Shown piece by piece: positions 57,432 through 64,000 of a stretch of 64,000 nt of DNA; position 1 is the stretch's first letter; each line of letters opens with the position of its first letter. A program made the translations under genes and the position numbers. The stretch is from a virus. The notes below the pieces were generated by a model that was given only the letters and a program-made list of their open reading frames with translations, was not told where the DNA came from and searched no databases. The stretch lies in the UHGV virus genome UHGV-1351279. One strand, written 5' to 3'.

Positions 57432-60400
57432 TCTGCATAATTAACTCCAAAGTCTGCACTTATATCCATTGGTATTGAAAACTTTATTTTATCATTTACT
57501 TTTGAAATACACTCTTTTAGATATTTTAATATACTATCTTTAGAGATATTATTATTAAAATAACATAAGTACTCATCATGTATCTGAAGCATTACTGTAT
57601 TTACTCTTTTTCTTACTTCTTGTAAGTAACAATCAAAAACAAATACAGCAGTACTTTGATTTAGTGATGAAAATATATCTTTAAAATACCTAAGTGAAAT
57701 CCAAAAGTTACTTACAGGATTAAGTATATACATAGTATTTACAGTTTGTAAAAAACTGTTTTGTAATTTTTGACACCTTTTCTTTTCTTTCTTACTATTG
57801 TCTTTAGGTAAAAAATCTACTGTCTTATATACTTTTACTTCCCCTGTTTTGTGTATTACTTTCAATAAGAGGTCTTTCTCTACATCTAACACAGATTTAT
57901 TCATAGTCCAATAACCATCTAATATAGTCTCTGCTTCTTCTTTTGTACAATCTAAGTTTTTAGCTAATGTTGGAGCTCCAACTTTATATACAGAAGAATT
58001 TCCTGTTATAACTACTAAATCATTTTGTTTTGCAATAAAAGTTTTATTTTTATTGTTTACACAAAACACATCTGTATACCTACTAAAATCTTTTTTTAGT
58101 TTTTGACCTGTTATGTTTCTCCTATTTCTTATAAAGACATCAACACAAACATTATTTTTATAAACTTTTCCTTTTGATAATTTGTAAAAGTACCCATTTA
58201 AAGTTAAAGCTAAACAAAAAGCATCTAATATTTTACCCTTATTTTGAGTAAATATCTTTTGACCCTCTTTTTTATGACCATCTCCTTTTAACATGTGTAT
58301 TATGAACTCTTCTCTTATGTCATGTGGTATGTTTATTATAAGGTTAGTGTAATCTATGTCTTTTTTATTTCTTTCAGGTAAATTAAGTCTGTAAAACAAA
58401 CTTCTTATTTCTGATGGTGATAGGTCATAGTAAGTAAGTCCATCTTTTCTTGTATAAGTTCTGTATTTATAATTATTCAATACTTTTTCTAAATCTTCTT
58501 TGTTACTTTTTTGACCTATTTTACATATAACATGTCTTTTTTTACCATTAGAATTAGATGTACCATTTAATTTATCAGACCATTCTACATAACCTTCTGT
58601 TAGAATCCAAGCTAAAAGCCTTATATCTTCAACATTGTAATCTCTGTTTGTGTTTTTATAAGGTGCTGAAACAATTATTTTATCATTTTTGTTTATATCT
58701 TTTGTTTCAACAAAAACGTTTTTATAATATGTTTCCTTGTTTTTTGATGTTATTTTTTTAGAAGAAAACCATTTATGGTTTGGTGTACATTCAAAAGAAA
58801 AATGACTATTATGTAAGCTTATAACTTCTTGTTTTTCAAAATAGGGTATAGAGTCTATTTTTACAACTTCTAATTCATTTAATTCTGTATTATAAGAAAA
58901 AATGCAATCATCTAATTTTAGTTGCTCATATTTTTTCCAACCCTCTGTTGTTAAAATTTCTGTTATATCAGTTGGCAAACAAAAATTTACTATTTTAGCC
59001 TTATTTCTCATAGTTTTTAATTCTAAAAATTCTTTTTTTTCATCTTCATTTTTTTCTTCTTTTTTATCTAATTCTTTATATCTATTAGCTTGTTTTTCAC
59101 TCATTAAACCTGAAAATTTTGCAATTTCAATATGTGCATCATATCCTGGAACTCTTTTTTTATTTACATAATCAGGGTCAAATTTGTACATATAATTATC
59201 TTGAGTTGTTGCTTCAGCTGCTGATAAGTCAGAACCACACAGTATAGTATTTTCTTTAGGAGAAAGAATTAAACCTCTAATCTCTTTACCATAAAAGGTA
59301 TTTGGTTTAGGTAAATTACTAATAGGTTTTCTGTGTAGAAATCTAAAGGTATTTGATAAACCTCCAGCAGTAGCATAAACACAATTATTCTTGTCCATAC
59401 TTTCCATAAAAGACTTAAACACTCCTATCCTATGAGTTATTAAAGAAAGGTCATTAAACAGCTCTATTTCTGGTACTATTTCTATTAATTTTTTTACAGA
59501 ATTACATATTTTACCATTATCATCATAAATCTGTTCTACCTCTTTTTTAGTACCTTTTTTCTTATCTTTTACTGTTTTATAAGTACAAGGTATCCAACCT
59601 AATGAGTAAAACCATTTTTTTACCTGGTCTACACTTCCTGGATTAGGTTCTTCCTCTTCACATATTAAAGTAACTATTCCTTCATAATCTTCAGGTAATT
59701 CTTGTTCTTGTAAAATAGCTAACCACTTTTTACCTGCTTCACTCAAAGAACCATCTTTCTTAGTCATTTTATTGGGTTTAGTTACCTCTTTGTATTTATA
59801 TACTTTAGGCATTATTCCTTTTAAAATTTCTACTTTTTCATTATAGATTGTTTCAAGCTCATCTAAAGATTTGTAAAGTAATTTCGTATCTACTTTTATC
59901 TTTACTTCTTCTTGCTCTCTTAGACAATCCATTTTGAAGTTTAAATAGTTAATGATTCTTTCTTTATCCTCCTGTTTAGAATATAGTTTATGAAGAAAAA
60001 TTATTTGATTGTGAAATAATCTCTGATTAATCTCAACATCTTCACTGCACCTGTGAATATATTCCTCAATAGTTAGATTACTCCAATCAGATATTTTAGG
60101 TTTAGGTACTCCAAATTCTTCTCCAAAGGATTCTAATCCATGAGATTTTCTCCCTATATATAAATACCATGATAATCCCATAGTATCTATAATTTTAAGC
60201 TCCTTTGGCTTTTTCCAACCTAATAATTTTTTTAATACAGGTAAATCAAATCTTAGAATGTTATGCCCAATTAATGTTTCTTGTTTATCTAAAAAGGTGA
60301 TAATATCATTAGGATTCACTAAAGCTCCCTTTTCTAATAAAATACCTTTTTCATAAATTTGATAACAAAAACAATGTAGTTTTGTTACCTCATCTAATAA

Positions 60401-60436
60401 GCCATCACACTCCAAATCAAATATTGTGTAACTCAT
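57422..60436 (-). CDS. family-A DNA polymerase (3'-5' exonuclease plus polymerase domains), interrupted by an intein
   Basis: Exo I IFDLECDG, motif A LCGSDLSAAE, motif B split as RNKAKIVNF / SSVYKVG, and motif C MLQIHDEYL. Length is 1004 aa including the 328-aa insert. Confidence 0.75.
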   Translation of the reverse strand: MSYTIFDLECDGLLDEVTKLHCFCYQIYEKGILLEKGALVNPNDIITFLDKQETLIGHNILRFDLPVLKKLLGWKKPKELKIIDTMGLSWYLYIGRKSHGLESFGEEFGVPKPKISDWSNLTIEEYIHRCSEDVEINQRLFHNQIIFLHKLYSKQEDKERIINYLNFKMDCLREQEEVKIKVDTKLLYKSLDELETIYNEKVEILKGIMPKVYKYKEVTKPNKMTKKDGSLSEAGKKWLAILQEQELPEDYEGIVTLICEEEEPNPGSVDQVKKWFYSLGWIPCTYKTVKDKKKGTKKEVEQIYDDNGKICNSVKKLIEIVPEIELFNDLSLITHRIGVFKSFMESMDKNNCVYATAGGLSNTFRFLHRKPISNLPKPNTFYGKEIRGLILSPKENTILCGSDLSAAEATTQDNYMYKFDPDYVNKKRVPGYDAHIEIAKFSGLMSEKQANRYKELDKKEEKNEDEKKEFLELKTMRNKAKIVNFCLPTDITEILTTEGWKKYEQLKLDDCIFSYNTELNELEVVKIDSIPYFEKQEVISLHNSHFSFECTPNHKWFSSKKITSKNKETYYKNVFVETKDINKNDKIIVSAPYKNTNRDYNVEDIRLLAWILTEGYVEWSDKLNGTSNSNGKKRHVICKIGQKSNKEDLEKVLNNYKYRTYTRKDGLTYYDLSPSEIRSLFYRLNLPERNKKDIDYTNLIINIPHDIREEFIIHMLKGDGHKKEGQKIFTQNKGKILDAFCLALTLNGYFYKLSKGKVYKNNVCVDVFIRNRRNITGQKLKKDFSRYTDVFCVNNKNKTFIAKQNDLVVITGNSSVYKVGAPTLAKNLDCTKEEAETILDGYWTMNKSVLDVEKDLLLKVIHKTGEVKVYKTVDFLPKDNSKKEKKRCQKLQNSFLQTVNTMYILNPVSNFWISLRYFKDIFSSLNQSTAVFVFDCYLQEVRKRVNTVMLQIHDEYLCYFNNNISKDSILKYLKECISKVNDKIKFSIPMDISADFGVNYAECH
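57998..58981 (-). mobile_element. intein (Hint domain) carrying a LAGLIDADG homing-endonuclease domain, inserted in polymerase motif B
   Basis: Begins with Cys486 (CLPTDITEIL). Has TPNHKW (block B), LLAWILTEGYV and FIIHMLKGDGHK (LAGLIDADG pair). Ends ...VVITGN813 with Ser814 at +1. The flanks reconstitute RNKAKIVNF-SSVYKVG, matching RRxAKxxNFGxxYG. Confidence 0.7.
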
Positions 60437-60438
60437 TG

Positions 60439-61020
60439 CTATTCTTTTAAACCTTGTTCAATAATATTCTCCATCATATTTGAGTTTATAGTTCTTGTAC
60501 CATCAGGGTTATATTTAATACACAATCTCAAATCTTTTAGTTTACTCCATTTACCTCTTGCAAATAAGTTTGGGTCTACTAAATAAACAGATTTTGATAT
60601 TGGTATTAATATATTCTCTTTCTTTAGCTTAGATATAGCAACATCAATTGTTTCTATTTTTAATCCTGTGTCCTTAGACATAAGAATTTTTGTGTCTTTT
60701 ACTGCTATAAACTTATTATCATACCCCATTCTAAGAACTATTGAATATAGTACCAAAGAAACATTTTTCTCTAATGAGAATATTCTTTTTATATCACTTA
60801 AATATAATTTTAGAAAGTCAGGCTCTGTTGATACAATTGCTGTTTTAAAGTTTTTTACTTTTAAAACTTCTCCTGTATCATTATTGATTTCAATGGTTTC
60901 TTCTTCATAAGTTACCTTTTTCACTTTTTCTTGCTTAGGTTTATTCAACCTATTTACTTTTGTTACTTTCATTTCTAATAGCTTTTCTAATTCCCTGCAA
61001 AGGTATGTAATATTTTCCAC
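60439..61020 (-). CDS. hypothetical protein, candidate DNA-binding regulator or initiator next to the half-site array
   Basis: 193-aa ORF immediately downstream of the operator-like array. No firm motif. Confidence 0.35.
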   Translation of the reverse strand: MENITYLCRELEKLLEMKVTKVNRLNKPKQEKVKKVTYEEETIEINNDTGEVLKVKNFKTAIVSTEPDFLKLYLSDIKRIFSLEKNVSLVLYSIVLRMGYDNKFIAVKDTKILMSKDTGLKIETIDVAISKLKKENILIPISKSVYLVDPNLFARGKWSKLKDLRLCIKYNPDGTRTINSNMMENIIEQGLKE

Positions 61021-61061
61021 TTATGATATTTCTTTAGTACAGTTTAACAAATCTCTTCAAG

Positions 61062-61131
61062 CTTATGGTAGCCATAAGTGAGACTTATGGTAATCATAAG
61101 TTCAACTTATCATAACCATAAGTTAGACTTA
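61062..61131. promoter_or_regulatory. array of about 7 alternating inverted 7-mer half-sites (CTTATGG / CCATAAG) at roughly 10-11-bp spacing; candidate operator or origin
   Basis: CTTATGGtagCCATAAGtgagaCTTATGGtaatCATAAGTtcaACTTATcataaCCATAAGTtagACTTAg, read directly from the sequence. Confidence 0.55.
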
Positions 61132-61268
61132 GCTTCAAATGGAATACAAAAGCCTGATTATCATTGGGTTATAAGAGAGGTAAAGTGTAAATTCCTTCTT
61201 TTATTATTTTATTGTATAGTGTAAAGTCCATATATTTTATACAAAAAATAAAAAGGAAAGTGAGGTAA

Positions 61269-61310
61269 TTAAAGGGCAGAATTAACTACCCTTTAATATA
61301 CCAATGTTAT
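61269..61310 (-). terminator. hairpin (ttaaaggg / ccctttaa, 12-nt loop) followed on the - strand by T-rich tract ttacctcactttcctttttatttttt
   Basis: Lies downstream of the gene ending at 61384. It contains the 11-mer GAAAGTGAGGT that is also found at the 42.14-kb terminator. Confidence 0.4.
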
Positions 61311-61383
61311 GGCAACTTAGAAACTCTACTCCAAAGATACATTCACACATATCAGTTTCTTTAAGTCATAACACAGTGGAATC

Positions 61384-61632
61384 TTATACTTGCTCATCAT
61401 TAAGTGTCAAGTTATTGACTAAAGAGATAATCCTGAAATCCTTCTCTGAACTATTACAAATAAAGTAACTTTCAGAAAGTAATACATTATTCTCTCCTAA
61501 ATCATAAATGACATATAACTTATGATAATCAAGTGAATCCTTACCCTTTCTTTTGATGAACTCTAATATTGCATCTCTCGTGGGTAACCCCTTAAATTCT
61601 AAGCCTTGCTTTATCTCTAAAATTGTCTTCAT
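61384..61632 (-). CDS. hypothetical small protein
   Basis: 82-aa ORF. Confidence 0.4.
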   Translation of the reverse strand: MKTILEIKQGLEFKGLPTRDAILEFIKRKGKDSLDYHKLYVIYDLGENNVLLSESYFICNSSEKDFRIISLVNNLTLNDEQV

Positions 61633-61638
61633 AATATT

Positions 61639-61800
61639 CTATTTTGAATGTGATGAAAATGATATATAAGCAAAAAATACAAAAAGTACTGTACTTATAA
61701 CACCTGCTACTTCATTAGAAAATATACAAACAGAAGTAAAAGTTATTATTATCCAAATGATAAATAATATAAATTCTAAGTTTTTGTCACTATCACTCAT
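61639..61800 (-). CDS. unannotated small membrane protein (53 aa) MSDSDKNLEFILFIIWIIITFTSVCIFSNEVAGVISTVLFVFFAYISFSSHSK
   Basis: Hand-translated. It has a TAATATG junction with the upstream gene. Confidence 0.3.
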   Translation of the reverse strand: MSDSDKNLEFILFIIWIIITFTSVCIFSNEVAGVISTVLFVFFAYISFSSHSK

Positions 61801-61801
61801 A

Positions 61802-61999
61802 TTAAAACCATTTAAATAAAATAATTGAACCTGTTTGCTCTTCTATCTTTCTATTAATAGAAATAAAAGACTCTTCAGAGATGTTTTTTCTCTGCTCTTT
61901 TGCTTTGTTAGTGTAATATTCACTTCTTTCTTTATTACCTAACTTTCCCATTACTACTGCATTATTTAAATACATGTAGTATTTTGTTTCTTCTTTCAT
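61802..61999 (-). CDS. hypothetical small protein
   Basis: 65-aa ORF. Confidence 0.4.
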   Translation of the reverse strand: MKEETKYYMYLNNAVVMGKLGNKERSEYYTNKAKEQRKNISEESFISINRKIEEQTGSIILFKWF

Positions 62000-62329
62000 G
62001 GTATTTAGTATTTAAAAAATTGTTATTAAATAAAAAAGGCTTTTAGTACTGATATTTGCCTGTTGCAGTGTTTGTTCCACGATAGTATATAATAAGTATT
62101 ATCTTTATTAGAAACTCAATGTAACCATCCTGTGGATTTTATAACATGCTATTGTTAAAACTAAAGTTGTTTTATAATATTAAACTATTTTATTACTACT
62201 ATCTTCCCGTAACTTACGAGTACAAATTCTTGACTAAAAGCCTTATCCTTTAAGTAGTGTTGTATAAAAAAGTTTCAGGTACTCAGATATAGAGGCCTTT
62301 CCCCGAAACTAAAACATAAATACTACAAA

Positions 62330-62674
62330 CTACCAATATTCCTTAAACCTCTTTAATGTATTTATGAAATCTTCTTTTATATCCTCTAAAAGAAGTATTA
62401 CATCTTCATTCTTTAGGTATTCATCTTTATCTAATGTCATTGGATTATTTATACTGTCAATATAAATAACCTCATGTAAATCACTTAAAAAAGAATATTT
62501 ATTACTTCTATGCTTTTTTAAGTAATTCAACAAAATGTTGAAATAGCCATTCTCTCCTTTATATTTAGAATAGCTTAATAATTGTTGTAATCTTATATAC
62601 AACCTTTCTGCATGGTCTAAAAGACCTTTTCTGTAGAGTTCAAAATTTATCTCTACTAAATTATTTCCTTTCAT
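62330..62674 (-). CDS. hypothetical protein
   Basis: 114-aa ORF. Confidence 0.4.
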   Translation of the reverse strand: MKGNNLVEINFELYRKGLLDHAERLYIRLQQLLSYSKYKGENGYFNILLNYLKKHRSNKYSFLSDLHEVIYIDSINNPMTLDKDEYLKNEDVILLLEDIKEDFINTLKRFKEYW

Positions 62675-62737
62675 AGTACTTATGTTTAAAATTAAATAAC
62701 TAAGTCTGGTTTTTGAATAGAACCAGACAAAACTATT

Positions 62738-63034
62738 TTATTGATTTACTACTTGCCACTTAACATATTTTCTACTTAACGGTACTATTGCTATACCATA
62801 ATCAGTCCATGCTAAATGAAACAAGTTATCATACCTGTCTATAAATATGTCACTACCTTCATCAGTTAATGAGTCATTTTCTATTAGTTGGCACCTAATA
62901 TCAAAATCACCATTGATGGTTAATATGCCATCTTCATAAGGTAATTCATATACACAACCCCCTATCCAAAACTTCTCTGTCTTTGGAGGTAATAAACTGA
63001 AAAGGCTTGCTAAAGCTAATATTATTGTATTCAT
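62738..63034 (-). CDS. small secreted protein (signal peptide)
   Basis: N-terminus MNTIILALASLFSLLPP. Confidence 0.4.
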   Translation of the reverse strand: MNTIILALASLFSLLPPKTEKFWIGGCVYELPYEDGILTINGDFDIRCQLIENDSLTDEGSDIFIDRYDNLFHLAWTDYGIAIVPLSRKYVKWQVVNQ

Positions 63035-63087
63035 GTTATTTATATTTTAAATTTAAAAAGGAGTTTTTGTAGGAACTCCTCAAAACC

Positions 63088-63750
63088 TTAGTAAAACCCA
63101 CAATGAGACTTAGTGAAGGCTATTTTGTACTCATAAAGAGCTTCTCTTTCACCATATAAATGAAAGTATTCTATGTTACCCTTATCTAAGGTTTTAAGCT
63201 TAGTATTTAGCTCTTTTATTGCTAAATCTATCTCTTCCTCTGTAGAGAAATCATAGAAGCTATTCCTTACATAGTCCTCACAAAAAGATAAGTACTTAGG
63301 AAAATCAATAAGTAATTTTATTAACTTATCAATTGTATGTTCCATAGTCCTATATTTCTCTATTAAATTATAGCATTCTTCTTTGAACTCTTTAATTATA
63401 AAAGATTCACTATCTATGCTATTATAAGTTTCAAGAAATACATTTTTATTATACTTATATTCATCTTTAAGAGAAGTGAGTTTTTTAATTAATACCTCTG
63501 TATCAAAAGTATTAACTAATTCTTCTAAGCTGTATTCAGAGAAATTCTCTAATGTAGCCTTGAAGTTTTTGAGACTCTCTCGAATATTATTCTCAGTCTC
63601 CTTTGATATGGTGCCAGTGTTTAGATAAATGTAAACAAAAGAAGGACTCACATTTAAAATGTCTTTATAATCCTCCTCATAGTCATTTTTATCAAAATCA
63701 CACCAGTTGCCCCAATCATCTACAAATGTTTGTAATTCTATAAAATTCAT
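63088..63750 (-). CDS. hypothetical protein
   Basis: 220-aa ORF. Confidence 0.45.
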   Translation of the reverse strand: MNFIELQTFVDDWGNWCDFDKNDYEEDYKDILNVSPSFVYIYLNTGTISKETENNIRESLKNFKATLENFSEYSLEELVNTFDTEVLIKKLTSLKDEYKYNKNVFLETYNSIDSESFIIKEFKEECYNLIEKYRTMEHTIDKLIKLLIDFPKYLSFCEDYVRNSFYDFSTEEEIDLAIKELNTKLKTLDKGNIEYFHLYGEREALYEYKIAFTKSHCGFY

Positions 63751-63804
63751 TGTATTTATGTTTTAAAATTAATAAGGCAGTTTTTATCAGAACTGCCAAA
63801 ACTG

Positions 63805-63993
63805 TTACATGTAATTATAGTAGTTACTCTTTAAAGCATCTTGAAGACTTATTAAAGAATCCTTGATGTTGTAAGTGTAATTCTCCATATCTTCTTTTTG
63901 TATTGTAAACATTATTATACTCCCAATGTAATTATACAAAAAGTGAAAAATACTAATTGACATGTGATTACTATAATGCAAAGACTTAATCAT
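63805..63993 (-). CDS. hypothetical small protein
   Basis: 62-aa ORF near the window edge. Confidence 0.3.
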   Translation of the reverse strand: MIKSLHYSNHMSISIFHFLYNYIGSIIMFTIQKEDMENYTYNIKDSLISLQDALKSNYYNYM

Positions 63994-64000
63994 ATCTAAG

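Noticed and set aside
27845-60910. + strand ORFs of 60-100 aa scattered through the - arm (for example 27845-28099, 33887-34177, 39358-39561, 50680-50901, 58902-59171, 60668-60910)
   Set aside because: They are antisense to the contiguous - strand operon, with no coupling to neighbours and low-complexity translations.
62000-62329. tRNA or small RNA in the 330-bp non-coding gap
   Set aside because: No GTTCRANYC T-loop or cloverleaf could be assembled by eye. Only short inverted repeats (AGTTTC...GAAACT) were seen.
1-64000. CRISPR array, integrase, transposase or IS element
   Set aside because: No direct-repeat/spacer periodicity and no recombinase or DDE motifs were found. The only mobile element is the intein.

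Overview
This window is AT-rich (roughly 30% GC by eye), densely coding DNA from a tailed dsDNA bacteriophage. I saw no Shine-Dalgarno motifs. Many genes are joined by overlapping or 1-nt-spaced stop/start codons, which fits a Bacteroidota/Flavobacteriia-type host; that host call is an inference and low confidence. The window holds two convergent transcription arms.

The + arm (1-26616) is a tightly coupled run of very large ORFs of 803, 4508, 1798 and 1670 aa, most plausibly virion-packaged or ejected proteins. It ends in two strong hairpin terminators at about 26.63 and 26.73 kb.

The - arm (26732-63993) carries about 75 small to medium genes of a DNA replication, recombination and nucleotide-metabolism module. 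Calls with motif support:
- family-A DNA polymerase interrupted by a LAGLIDADG intein;
- DnaB-like helicase;
- DnaG-like TOPRIM protein;
- AEP-like primase candidate;
- SSB with acidic tail;
- SF2 helicase;
- Dda/RecD-like SF1B helicase;
- AAA_24/Sak4-like ATPase;
- PD-(D/E)XK nuclease;
- Hjc-like resolvase;
- MazG;
- T4-type dNMP kinase;
- ATP-grasp enzyme;
- YopX;
- Bro-N/KilA-C antirepressor-like protein;
- SPFH lipoprotein.
The arm also has several small-membrane-protein clusters and two paralogous small-gene families.

The most unusual items are:
- a translationally coupled E1-like (ThiF) and JAB/MPN gene pair embedded in the recombination operon;
- a 1798-aa giant protein whose C-terminus is a Dda-like helicase paralogous to a free-standing helicase gene elsewhere in the window;
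- an array of alternating inverted 7-mer half-sites at about 61.06-61.13 kb.

No rRNA, tRNA, CRISPR array, integrase or transposase was recognised.
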